From assembly GCA_944321685.1 (NCBI GenBank), contig CALUMH010000007.1, positions 24,102 to 88,101 of the forward strand: a DNA stretch of 64,000 nt, read 5' to 3'. Positions 30,226 to 39,148 of this stretch are shown piece after piece. The stretch's first letter is position 1. Each line of letters begins with the position of its first letter. The notes under the pieces are model-generated. The model searched no databases. It saw only the letters and a list, made by a program, of their open reading frames with translations, and was not told the DNA's origin. The position numbers and the translations under genes were made by a program. Source of the DNA: an uncultured Muribaculaceae bacterium. GTDB taxonomy: Bacteria > Bacteroidota > Bacteroidia > Bacteroidales > Muribaculaceae.

Positions 30226-30501
30226 CTACTTTGCATATACATTGCCATTTACCGAATCCCAAATATAATAAGCATATCCCTTGCTTTTGGCAAGAGACTC
30301 TGCTTCACTTTGAGATGACACATTACCTATAAATATGTATCCTTCATGTCCGGCTGCTGCACCCACTACTGCACCACGTGCAGCCTCTCGGTATGACGAT
30401 TTATTTGAAGCCGATGATGCAGCCATTAAAATAAACGCACACACGCCAATTATTTGAATGCCCGCAAAAAGCAGTCTTTTAAATTTAATTTCCATAAACA
30501 T
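30226..30501 (-). CDS. Small hypothetical protein with an N-terminal TM anchor (91 aa)
   Basis: MFMEIKFKRLLFAGIQIIGVCAFILMAASSA..., then a soluble tail of about 55 aa, GYIFIGNVSSQSEAESLAKSKGYAYYIWDSVNGNVYAK. AT-rich gene. The start choice is uncertain, and the gene overlaps the upstream ORF by 52 nt. Confidence 0.45.
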   Translation of the reverse strand: MFMEIKFKRLLFAGIQIIGVCAFILMAASSASNKSSYREAARGAVVGAAAGHEGYIFIGNVSSQSEAESLAKSKGYAYYIWDSVNGNVYAK

Positions 30502-30872
30502 ACTATTAATGTAATTATATAAGAAATAACATCCATAACATCGAAAGTGCCTTTCAACAGGTGAAAATACTGACCTGCTTCCAAGCAAAATGGCAGAATT
30601 ACTGCAAAGCACAAAATATACCGATTACAACAATCTTTCTCGACAAATATCGACATAAACACCAGTAAGGCTGCATACCATAATGCATCGGGCAGGTTGT
30701 ATATAAAAAATTGCATCAACACATTAGGATTTGCTACTTTGATGCCCGGAAATGAGAATGGTAACATTTCTACAAAAATTATATCCCGCCTGAACAGCAC
30801 ATATATAGCCGTTCCAAGAGTCAACAGCAATAAAATACAGACAACCTTTGAAAACACATAAAATCGATGCAC
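30450..30872 (-). CDS. Hypothetical 4-TM membrane protein (140 aa)
   Basis: Four hydrophobic segments. Motifs NLPDALWY and GTFDVMDVISY. I cannot assign a family with confidence. Confidence 0.5.
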   Translation of the reverse strand: MHRFYVFSKVVCILLLLTLGTAIYVLFRRDIIFVEMLPFSFPGIKVANPNVLMQFFIYNLPDALWYAALLVFMSIFVEKDCCNRYILCFAVILPFCLEAGQYFHLLKGTFDVMDVISYIITLIVCLWKLNLKDCFLRAFK

Positions 30873-30885
30873 CGTGGTTATATCA

Positions 30886-31218
30886 TCATCGTGGCTGCCA
30901 ATTGTTTATATTATATTTTACGCCATTGGCATAAAAATACCAACAATTTTCGCCTTGATACAATACCAATTCTCCATGCCCCGGAACTACCGCTACATAT
31001 TGATTGCCGCTTTGGTATATTGCAATACCTGTAATAGAATTTCCACTAGTTACGGGCTTCCCATCTATTGTGGCACTCATGTTGGTGGCAAGACAGCGCT
31101 TACCCTCAGGACAATAAGTTTGAGAAATGGATACTACCGCTTCATTTTCTGTTTGCGCTAAAGCAACGCCTACATTCATTGCAAAAACACTTGCTAATAC
31201 AACAATAATCTTTTTCAT
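30886..31218 (-). CDS. Small hypothetical secreted protein (110 aa)
   Basis: Signal peptide MKKIIVVLASVFAMNVGVALAQ. The mature part has 3 Cys and looks beta-rich. Confidence 0.55.
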   Translation of the reverse strand: MKKIIVVLASVFAMNVGVALAQTENEAVVSISQTYCPEGKRCLATNMSATIDGKPVTSGNSITGIAIYQSGNQYVAVVPGHGELVLYQGENCWYFYANGVKYNINNWQPR

Positions 31219-31304
31219 TCTTGTGATTTTTTGATGATTATATTACTCTATAATGGTATTTCGGGAGAAACACCTATGGTTATCAATAATGATAATGCAA
31301 AAAA

Positions 31305-31526
31305 ATGACGGAATCTCAATTATACATTCCGATTGGCAAAAAAATAAGAATGTTAAGGCAGGAAAAGGGCATGACACAACAGTCATTGGCCGATGAATGC
31401 GATATTGAGAAACCTAATCTTTCCCGGATTGAAAACGGCAACACCAATCCCACAATAAAATCACTTTGGAAAATAAGCAACGCACTCAATATAAAACTAA
31501 AAGACTTGCTCGACATTGAATACTGA
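31305..31526 (+). CDS. XRE-family helix-turn-helix transcriptional regulator (73 aa)
   Basis: IGKKIRMLRQEKGMTQQSLADECDIEKPNLSRIENGNTNPTIKSLWKISNALNIKLKDLL, the classic Cro/CI HTH. Confidence 0.85.
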   Translation: MTESQLYIPIGKKIRMLRQEKGMTQQSLADECDIEKPNLSRIENGNTNPTIKSLWKISNALNIKLKDLLDIEY

Positions 31527-31618
31527 AACCGCCGGACAAATCAAGTAACCCCATAATCATGCCCCAGAAATCATAATCACACACTCGAATATTGCAAATA
31601 CCGGTATAACACTACATC

Positions 31619-31671
31619 GGCCTCAAATAGATAAGACAATTAATACGCAATGCCTATTTGAGGCCGTCTTT
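31619..31671. terminator. Hairpin at the right edge of the AT-rich islet
   Basis: Perfect 12-bp arms ggcctcaaatag (31619-31630) and ctatttgaggcc (31654-31665). Confidence 0.5.
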
Positions 31672-31753
31672 AATATAATGCCATGCAAAATCTAACACAA
31701 AAGCATAAAACCAAGGCCGAAATTTACACTTCAACACATTAAACCGGTCACGG

Positions 31754-32635
31754 TTACAGGCGGTCGAGGACAGTTGCTATGAGGTCACGAACGGCCGTCT
31801 TATAATTGGAAGTCGCATCGCAAGTGGTGCGATTGGCTATTATCGCACACACAGTCATGGCGCGATGCCCCATCAGGCGGCACAATCCTTGCAGGGCCGC
31901 ACTTTCCATTTCATAATTGGTGATGCGGCGGCCTTCATATTCAAATGCTTCGATTTTATGATTCAATTCGGGGTCGGCAAGCGGCAGGCGCAAACGGCGA
32001 CCTTGCGGTCCGTAAAAACCGTTGGCCGAAATGGTGCAACCACGCTTCATGTCATTGCGGCCTATTCGTGCCACAAGTTCGGCATCGGCATCAGCCACGT
32101 ATGGCTTCGCCCAAAGTCGGTTCCACCCCACTGCCTCGCAAAAACGATGCTCGAAATCAAGGTCGCACACATCGTTACGCCCGGCATAGAAATTAAGCAC
32201 GCCGTCAAAGCCGATACCTTTTTCGGCAATCACGAAGCTGCCTACGGGAAGGTCGGGTTGTAACCCGCCCGAAGTTCCTATGCGTACTATATTCAGCTGC
32301 CTGAAGGTGTCCTTTACTTGCCGCGTTTGCAAATCTATATTGGCAAGTGCGTCAAGCTCGTTGACTACGATATCGATATTATCACCGCCAATACCATGTG
32401 ACAGGCACATCACCGGTTTTCCATGATAAGTTCCGGTAATGGTGTGGAATTCCCGTGCCGTGGTTTCAAACTCCACAGTATCAAAGAATGAGGCAACGAT
32501 GTTTACACGAGCCGGATCGCCAACAATTATAATATTATCTTTAAGATGTTCAGGACGCAGATGCAAGTGGAAAATGCTGCCGTCGCCATTGATTATCATT
32601 TCCGAATCGGGTATTATGCGGTTATCGTGGTTCAT
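31754..32635 (-). CDS. Nucleoside phosphorylase (PNP/UDP family, uridine phosphorylase-like)
   Basis: IIVGDPARV, CLSHGIGGDNIDIVVNEL, VRIGTSGGLQ and YEMESAAL. The start is set at ATG 32635 (MNHDNR); the track start is a TTG. Confidence 0.85.
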   Translation of the reverse strand: MNHDNRIIPDSEMIINGDGSIFHLHLRPEHLKDNIIIVGDPARVNIVASFFDTVEFETTAREFHTITGTYHGKPVMCLSHGIGGDNIDIVVNELDALANIDLQTRQVKDTFRQLNIVRIGTSGGLQPDLPVGSFVIAEKGIGFDGVLNFYAGRNDVCDLDFEHRFCEAVGWNRLWAKPYVADADAELVARIGRNDMKRGCTISANGFYGPQGRRLRLPLADPELNHKIEAFEYEGRRITNYEMESAALQGLCRLMGHRAMTVCAIIANRTTCDATSNYKTAVRDLIATVLDRL

Positions 32636-32664
32636 AATGGTAAAGGTGTTTAATGTTTTTCTTA

Positions 32665-33549
32665 TCAACGAAGGCTTTTCAGAACGGTTTTTATTTTCTC
32701 GTAAGTGGTGATGCGGGTGGGCACAAGCGGCAAGCGCAATTCGTTTTCGATGAAACCCATGGCATTAAGCAGGCACTTCACACCGGCCGGGTTGCCATCG
32801 ACGAAAAGCAGGCTGAAAAGTTCGGTAAAGCGATGGTGTATTTCGCGTGCATGGTCAAAGTCGCCTTCGAGAGCGAGCCGCACCATGCGGCTGAATTCTC
32901 GCGGGAACGCATTTCCTATAACCGATATCACCCCCACCGCCCCAAGCGTGATCAGCGGGAATGTTATTCCGTCGTCGCCCGAAATCACCATAAAATCATC
33001 GGGCTTGTTCTTGATAATCTCGTCCATCTGCGAAATATTGCCCGAAGCCTCCTTCACGCCTATGATGTTTTCAAACTCTCGCGCAAGTCGCAAGCAGGTT
33101 TCGGGTGCCATGTTCACACCGGTGCGCCCGGGCACGTTATACAGTATCACCGGCAACGGGCTTGCCGTGGCAATGGCCTTGTAATGTTGGTATATTCCTT
33201 CTTGCGAAGGTTTGTTGTAATAAGGCACAACCGACAGAATGGCACTGAAATCCGACAAATCGAGTGTTTGCGCTGCCTCGACGATTGCCATGGTATTGTT
33301 GCCGCCAAGCCCAAGGACAAGCGGCACACGACCGTGCACACGTTCGGCAACAAAGCTACGCACTTGAGCCTGTTCGTCGGGCGACAAGGTTGCGGTCTCG
33401 GCTGTAGTTCCAAGTACGACAAGGAAATCGATGCCACTATGTATTTGATACTCAAGCAAGCGGGCAAGCGAGTCAAAGTCGATTGATTTATCTTTGTGGA
33501 ACGGTGTAATCAACGCCACACCCATTCCCTTTAAGTTGATACGAGCCAT
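32665..33549 (-). CDS. dapA: 4-hydroxy-tetrahydrodipicolinate synthase
   Basis: GMGVALITPF...VLGTTAE...YNVPGRTGVNM...GVKEASGN. Confidence 0.96.
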   Translation of the reverse strand: MARINLKGMGVALITPFHKDKSIDFDSLARLLEYQIHSGIDFLVVLGTTAETATLSPDEQAQVRSFVAERVHGRVPLVLGLGGNNTMAIVEAAQTLDLSDFSAILSVVPYYNKPSQEGIYQHYKAIATASPLPVILYNVPGRTGVNMAPETCLRLAREFENIIGVKEASGNISQMDEIIKNKPDDFMVISGDDGITFPLITLGAVGVISVIGNAFPREFSRMVRLALEGDFDHAREIHHRFTELFSLLFVDGNPAGVKCLLNAMGFIENELRLPLVPTRITTYEKIKTVLKSLR

Positions 33550-33642
33550 TTTAGTATGACAACTGTTTTTTATATTGTTACATCGGCCCGGGAAACAGGC
33601 ACAATGTTTGTAATTTATATAGTGTAAACTCTTAAAAGCGAA

Positions 33643-33945
33643 ATGACAATGAACAATTTTGAAACTCTTATTTCAGACAACAAGCCGGTACTTGTGGACT
33701 TTTATGCCGACTGGTGCCGTCCTTGCCAAATGATGGCCCCGATACTCGAAGATGTGAAATCGCAGATTGGCGACCAAGCGACAATCATTAAAATCAATGT
33801 CGATGAAAACCAGGCCCTGGCCGCACAATACGGAATACAATCGATACCTTCGTTGCTGATTTTCAAGCAAGGCGAAGTTGTGTGGAGGGAAGTGGGCGTG
33901 CATCGCCCCACCGAACTTATGGCTGCCTTGAAGAAGTTCCTCTGA
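33643..33945 (+). CDS. trxA: Thioredoxin
   Basis: VLVDFYADWCRPCQMMAPIL (WCxxC active site), 100 aa. Confidence 0.93.
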   Translation: MTMNNFETLISDNKPVLVDFYADWCRPCQMMAPILEDVKSQIGDQATIIKINVDENQALAAQYGIQSIPSLLIFKQGEVVWREVGVHRPTELMAALKKFL

Positions 33946-34021
33946 ACATCATTTACAATGAAAATGCGGAGCCCGCTTGCTCATTGGCATGAGCTGCGAG
34001 GCTCCCTTATTCATTTTTTTG

Positions 34022-35179
34022 TCATTCTCTTGAAAAGTGCGACAAGGGCAACCGGCGACAATTATATTGCATCGACATCACCTCGCCATATGCCCCTGCC
34101 GAGCGCAATGCCAACAAGTCGCCTCGTTGCGTTTCGGGCAACGATTCATCGGAAGCGAATTTGTCGCTCGACTCACATATCGGGCCTACTATGTCGTATT
34201 TTGCCGTCTCAACAGACTCCGATGTGATGTTTTGCACCACATGGTGCGCCTGGTAGAGTGCCGGGCGAATGAGGTCGGTCATGCCGGCATCCACGATGGC
34301 AAAATTGCGCGTGGTACCGTTTTTCACATACAGCACACGGGTGATAAGAGAGCCGCATTGCCCCACTATGGCACGACCAAGCTCGAAGTGAAGTTCCTGC
34401 CCGGGGCGCAATTTCAAGTTCTCCTTGAAAGTATCGAAGTATCCATTGAAATCGGGAATGGGATTGGCATCGGGGTTGGCATAGTCTATACCCAAGCCAC
34501 CGCCCACATTGATTATCTTGAACGATACGCCTCGATTCTCGAAATGTTCCTGAAGCTCGTTGATGCGTTCACACAGCATCTTGTAAGGAGTAAAGTCGAG
34601 CAGTTGCGAGCCTATGTGGAAGTGAAGCCCCATGAGATTCACGTCGGGCAGTGACAATGCTTTATCCACAGCCGCATCGAGCAGTTCAAGGTTGATACCG
34701 AATTTATTTTCGCTCAACCCGGTCGTGATGTATTTATGGGTGTGAGCATCGATATTGGGATTTACACGCAGTGCCACATTGGCCTTTTTACCCTTGGTGG
34801 CGGCAATCTCGTTGATTACGTCAAGTTCGGGAAGCGACTCCACATTAAAGCAGAATATGTCGTGGTTGATGCCAAGTGCAATCTCGCGGTCGGTTTTTCC
34901 CACTCCGGCAAATGCTATGGCATCGCCTTTAAACCCGGCAGCAAGTGCTGCCACAATTTCGCCGCCGCTCACGCAATCAATCGACAGCCCGGCCTCCCTT
35001 ATTTCGTGCAGTATGCGAGGATTGGCATTGGCCTTAACGGCATAATGCACCTTGTAGGGCAGCCCCTTGATGTGCGACTTCATTTCTCGAAGCGTGGCTT
35101 TAAGCAATTCGAGGTCGTAATAATAAAACGGCGTTTCGCAATGCTTGAAAATATCTATGGGAAATTTTGTCTCGGTCAT
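34022..35179 (-). CDS. lysA: Diaminopimelate decarboxylase
   Basis: TPFYYYD...HYAVKANANPRIL...GGGLGIDY...GPICESSD...AGAY. Confidence 0.95.
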   Translation of the reverse strand: MTETKFPIDIFKHCETPFYYYDLELLKATLREMKSHIKGLPYKVHYAVKANANPRILHEIREAGLSIDCVSGGEIVAALAAGFKGDAIAFAGVGKTDREIALGINHDIFCFNVESLPELDVINEIAATKGKKANVALRVNPNIDAHTHKYITTGLSENKFGINLELLDAAVDKALSLPDVNLMGLHFHIGSQLLDFTPYKMLCERINELQEHFENRGVSFKIINVGGGLGIDYANPDANPIPDFNGYFDTFKENLKLRPGQELHFELGRAIVGQCGSLITRVLYVKNGTTRNFAIVDAGMTDLIRPALYQAHHVVQNITSESVETAKYDIVGPICESSDKFASDESLPETQRGDLLALRSAGAYGEVMSMQYNCRRLPLSHFSRE

Positions 35180-35186
35180 TTCGAAA

Positions 35187-36518
35187 TTATTGGTTCTTCT
35201 TGTTTTTAAACAGGTGGTCGCTCAATAGGTTCAACGCTTTAACCTTGTCTTGCTTGCTGACAAGGAACGAGATGTTGAAATTGCTGCCTCCATAAGAAAT
35301 CATTCTCACCGGAATGTCTTTCAGAGCATCGAGCGCGGCAGCCTCGATACCCCTGTTTTGCCATTCAAGGTCGCCAACCACACATATTATCACCATGTCG
35401 CGGTCGATGGTCACGGTACCGAATTTCTTCAGGTCGTCGAGTATGTGGTCAAGGTTTTTCTCGTTATCGATTGTCACCGACACGCCCACCTCCGACGTAG
35501 CAATCATGTCGATGGGGGTCTTGTAGGTCTCGAAAATTTCAAACACCTTGCGCAAGAAACCGTAAGCAAGCAGCATACGTCCCGATTTAATCTTGATGGC
35601 GGTGATATTGTCCTTGGCTGCCACGGCCTTCACGCCATGGGGCGTGGTGGTATTGTGGATAAGAGTACCACGCGCCGACGGGCATAACGTATTGAGCAGG
35701 CGCACCGGAATATTGTTCAACTTGGCCGGCAACACACAAGTGGGATGCAGGATTTTTGCCCCGAAATATGCCAATTCCGCAGCTTCCTCGAAGTGCAGTT
35801 CATCAACAGGGTCGGTACCTTCCACAAAGCGCGGGTCGTTGTTGTGCATACCGTCGATGTCGGTCCATATTTCTATCTCCTCGGCATTGATGGCTGCCCC
35901 CACGAGCGATGCGCTATAGTCGCTGCCTCCGCGTTGCAGATTGTCGATTTCGCCATAAGCGTTGCGGCATATGTACCCTTGCGTGATATACAGGTCGGCA
36001 TCGTCAAATTTTGCGAGCAGTGCCGTAAGTTTCTGTTTGATATATTGGCTGTCGGGTTCACCGTTTTTGTCGGTGCGCATATAGTCGAGTGCGGGCAACA
36101 TGGCCGATTTCACTCCTATCGATTGCAAGTAGATGTTCATCATTGCCGTTGACATCAATTCGCCTTGGGCAAGTATCTCTTTTTCCTCGAATACGGTGAA
36201 CAAGTCCTTGGTAAACGAGCGCATATAGTTGAAGCAAGCCTTTATCTCGGTGGTAGCGGCTTCAAGGGCTGCGGCGTTGTCGCCAAACAGCTCGGCGAGC
36301 GTGGCGTTGTATTTCTTCTCAAGCGCATTGATGGTTTCCTTTGCGCCGTCGATGTTATGCTTGTACAAGTAATCCGAGATTTCGACAAGCGTGTTGGTGG
36401 TTCCCGACATTGCCGACAGAACGACAATGTTTTTTCCCCGTTCGATGATAAGCCGGGCTACATTTTTAATCCTCTCGGCCGAGCCGACAGAAGTACCTCC
36501 GAATTTAAGAACTTTCAT
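35187..36518 (-). CDS. lysC: Aspartate kinase (monofunctional, with ACT domains)
   Basis: MKVLKFGGTSVGSAERI...VVLSAMSGTTN...GGSDYSA...TDIDGM. Confidence 0.93.
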   Translation of the reverse strand: MKVLKFGGTSVGSAERIKNVARLIIERGKNIVVLSAMSGTTNTLVEISDYLYKHNIDGAKETINALEKKYNATLAELFGDNAAALEAATTEIKACFNYMRSFTKDLFTVFEEKEILAQGELMSTAMMNIYLQSIGVKSAMLPALDYMRTDKNGEPDSQYIKQKLTALLAKFDDADLYITQGYICRNAYGEIDNLQRGGSDYSASLVGAAINAEEIEIWTDIDGMHNNDPRFVEGTDPVDELHFEEAAELAYFGAKILHPTCVLPAKLNNIPVRLLNTLCPSARGTLIHNTTTPHGVKAVAAKDNITAIKIKSGRMLLAYGFLRKVFEIFETYKTPIDMIATSEVGVSVTIDNEKNLDHILDDLKKFGTVTIDRDMVIICVVGDLEWQNRGIEAAALDALKDIPVRMISYGGSNFNISFLVSKQDKVKALNLLSDHLFKNKKNQ

Positions 36519-36560
36519 TGATCAGTCAAATAGTTATTTCCGTAAATAATTATCAGAGTG

Positions 36561-36568
36561 CAAAGTTA
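36561..36568 (-). promoter_or_regulatory. -7 promoter box (TAACTTTG) for lysC-lysA
   Basis: Plus strand reads caaagtta, 43 nt upstream of ATG 36518. Confidence 0.5.
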
Positions 36569-36807
36569 CTACATAAACTCCCCACAGCGTCAAACAAGAC
36601 GGCAAAAAAAACTTAATTACGGCCATCGAAAATTGAAGCGGAATGAATATATACGCTAATTCGGGATAAACCAAAGTGGGGAAAAATAATTCCGCCAAAT
36701 TTAATATCACCCATAATCCAAGTCTATTTGTTGGCAAAAATACCCAAAACCACGAATAGTGAAAATATTGCCCAAAATAATGCAATAACAGAACAATAGG
36801 AACTCCA

Positions 36808-36815
36808 TAATTTTG
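36808..36815 (+). promoter_or_regulatory. -7 promoter box (TAATTTTG) for the aldo/keto reductase gene
   Basis: taattttg lies 21 nt upstream of ATG 36837. It overlaps the longer track ORF start, which argues for the shorter start. Confidence 0.5.
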
Positions 36816-36836
36816 CATCAGAAATCAAAACTCATA

Positions 36837-37691
36837 ATGTATATGAAAGATGTAAGATTGAACAATGGCGTAATGATGCCGGCTATCGGTTTCGGCGTTT
36901 ATCAAATTCCCGAAAATGAAACGGAACGTGCCGTAAACGATGCCATCGAAGTAGGTTATCGTATGTTCGACACAGCCGCTTCCTATTTCAACGAAGAACA
37001 AGTAGGCAATGCCATCCGGCATAGCGGCATCAAGCGCGAGGAGTTTTTCATAACCACCAAACTGTGGGTGCAGGACTATGAATATGAGGATGCTCTCCGT
37101 GCTTTTGACAAGTCATTGAAGTTGCTCGGGCTTGATTATATCGACCTCTATCTGCTGCACAAGCCCTACGGCAACTATTATGCCGCATGGAGAGCCTGCG
37201 AACGGCTTTACAAAGAAGGACTTATCCGCGCCATAGGCGTGACAAGCTTCTCCAATGAACGCTTGCAAGATCTATTTCTGCACAACGAGGTGAAGCCTGC
37301 CGTGAACCAACTTGAAACACATCCGTTTTTCCAACAGCAAGCCGCCAATACATTTTTGCAGAAAGAGGGCATCCAGCATGAAGCATGGGCACCTTTTGCC
37401 GAAGGACAAAATGACATTTGGAACAATCCTGTGTTGAAAACCATAGCAGAAAGACATGGGCGAACAGTGGGCCAAGTCGTTCTCCGCTGGCTGAACCAGC
37501 GCAATGTGGTAGTCATTCCAAAGACAGTACACAAGGAGCGGATGATCGAAAACTTTTCTATCTGTGATTTCACACTGACCGAACAAGAAATTCAAGATAT
37601 TACCGGACTGGACACAGGTAAAAGCCCGATTTATGACGATATGGATTTGGCAACGGTGAAAGGCATCGGATTACATAGAATTCACGAATAA
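36837..37691 (+). CDS. Aldo/keto reductase
   Basis: MPAIGFGVYQIP...GYRMFDTAASYFNE...FITTKLW...DLYLLHKP...IPKTVHKERMIEN. Confidence 0.9.
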   Translation: MYMKDVRLNNGVMMPAIGFGVYQIPENETERAVNDAIEVGYRMFDTAASYFNEEQVGNAIRHSGIKREEFFITTKLWVQDYEYEDALRAFDKSLKLLGLDYIDLYLLHKPYGNYYAAWRACERLYKEGLIRAIGVTSFSNERLQDLFLHNEVKPAVNQLETHPFFQQQAANTFLQKEGIQHEAWAPFAEGQNDIWNNPVLKTIAERHGRTVGQVVLRWLNQRNVVVIPKTVHKERMIENFSICDFTLTEQEIQDITGLDTGKSPIYDDMDLATVKGIGLHRIHE

Positions 37692-37747
37692 TCAATAAGC
37701 ATATTAAACCAAGGCAAATCAAGAGTTTACAAGTTCCACAAATCGAA

Positions 37748-38713
37748 ATGAATACATCAAGCAATATGGAAACGAAATACATCGACACTCCCGAATGGGA
37801 CAAAACTTTTGTTCTCAGTGACAAAGTAAACCACAAGAAAGTCAGCTTCACCAACCGTTACGGCATCCGTCTGGTCGGCGACCTGTATATACCCAAGAAC
37901 CATACAGAAAAACTGCCGGCAATCGCTGTCTGCGGTCCTTACGGGGCGGTAAAGGAGCAGGCTTCGGGCCTTTATGCCCAAACCCTTGCCGAACGAGGTT
38001 TCATCACTCTTGCCTTTGACCCGTCATTTAGCGGGGAAAGCGGCGGACAGCCTCGATATATATCATCGGGTGAAATCTACACCGAGGACTACAGTGCGGC
38101 AGTAGATTTCTTCATGCTCCGGCCGGAAGTTGACAGAGAGCGCATAGGCATCCTTGGCATCTGCGGCTTCGGAGGCATCAGCATCAATGCTGCCGTGCAA
38201 GACACCCGCATCAAAGCCACCGTTTCCTCCACGATGGGAGCATTCGACCCTTACGACAAGGAACAGAGGTATGAAATGCGCAGACAGCTCAACGAACAGC
38301 GCACCGTCGATCTCCTTGCCGGACGAACCAATAAACGAAGCGGCGGTGTACCGGCAAATCTGCCCGACGATGCGCCCGACTTTATGAAGGATTACCGGGA
38401 TTATTACAAGACTGCTCGCGGCTTCCATCCCCGTTCGGTGAACTCCAACGGAGGTTGGGAAAAGATAGCCGACCTGCCTTTCCTCACGTTCGCCCTGCTC
38501 GACCATGCCGACGAAATCCGTTCCGCCGTGCTTGTTGTACACGGGGAAAAGGCCTATTCGCTTCCGGCTTCCCGGGAGGCTTTCGGCAAATTGAAAGGAG
38601 ACAACAAGGAGCTGCTGATTATTCCCGATGCAAATCATACCGACTTATATGACAGGATGGACATCATTCCGTTCGACAAAATTGAAGCGTTTTTCAGAAA
38701 ATATCTGAAATAA
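37748..38713 (+). CDS. Alpha/beta hydrolase family protein
   Basis: 321 aa. Nucleophile-elbow-like GICGFGG, C-terminal HTDLYD, and a dienelactone-hydrolase-like layout. Confidence 0.75.
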   Translation: MNTSSNMETKYIDTPEWDKTFVLSDKVNHKKVSFTNRYGIRLVGDLYIPKNHTEKLPAIAVCGPYGAVKEQASGLYAQTLAERGFITLAFDPSFSGESGGQPRYISSGEIYTEDYSAAVDFFMLRPEVDRERIGILGICGFGGISINAAVQDTRIKATVSSTMGAFDPYDKEQRYEMRRQLNEQRTVDLLAGRTNKRSGGVPANLPDDAPDFMKDYRDYYKTARGFHPRSVNSNGGWEKIADLPFLTFALLDHADEIRSAVLVVHGEKAYSLPASREAFGKLKGDNKELLIIPDANHTDLYDRMDIIPFDKIEAFFRKYLK

Positions 38714-38742
38714 AATCGGAGAATAAACTATACGTACCAACA

Positions 38743-38790
38743 AAACGGTGTTGCCCAAAAGTCTTGTACTTTTTCAGCAGCACCGTTTTT
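38743..38790 (+). terminator. Rho-independent terminator after the hydrolase gene
   Basis: aaacggtgttgc (38743-38754) pairs with gcagcaccgttt (38777-38788, one mismatch), followed by a T-run. Confidence 0.6.
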
Positions 38791-38904
38791 ATTGCCATAA
38801 AAGTTTATTTTGCCAATTCTTACAAAAGCCCATTGCCGCAATAACTATCAACGGGGAAAAGAGCCAGTAAATCGACGTTTTTTCCGTTGCAATTATTATT
38901 CGGA

Positions 38905-39037
38905 GAAATAGATGTAGGGTAATTTTTGCGTCTCTACAACTGGCACATTATATAAAACACTGTAAATCAACCATTGCCGTCATCGAGACGATATGCACAT
39001 CATCTCTACAACTTCAATGTCGGAATTATGATACGCC
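38905..39037. repeat. REP/MITE-like hairpin repeat (copy C)
   Basis: gcgtctctacaactggcacattatataaaacactgtaaatcaaccattgccgtcatcgagacgatatgcacatcatctctacaacttcaatgtcggaattatgatacgcc. By hand alignment it is about 85-90% identical to 63749-63859 and matches the reverse complement of 29121-29250. Confidence 0.8.
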
Positions 39038-39120
39038 TTCACCAATATAAAACTATACTGAACTTCAAAACTTTTCGAGATTAGCCGATATGAGGTATCG
39101 CAAATCCCGATTATTCTGTG

Positions 39121-39128
39121 TAAATTTG
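39121..39128 (+). promoter_or_regulatory. -7 promoter box (TAAATTTG) for phoH
   Basis: taaatttg lies 20 nt upstream of ATG 39149. Confidence 0.5.
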
Positions 39129-39148
39129 CAGTGGCTTTATAAGACTGT

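Noticed and set aside
36519-36812. Possible lysine riboswitch (L-box) upstream of lysC.
   Set aside because: The TAACTTTG box at 36561-36568 leaves a leader of only about 40 nt, far too short for an L-box. I see no L-box-like conserved helices.
36534-36818. 94-aa minus-strand ORF in the lysC / aldo-keto-reductase divergent spacer.
   Set aside because: It spans the promoter boxes of both flanking genes (36561-36568 and 36808-36815). It is extremely hydrophobic and AT-driven, and has no promoter of its own. It is probably spurious.
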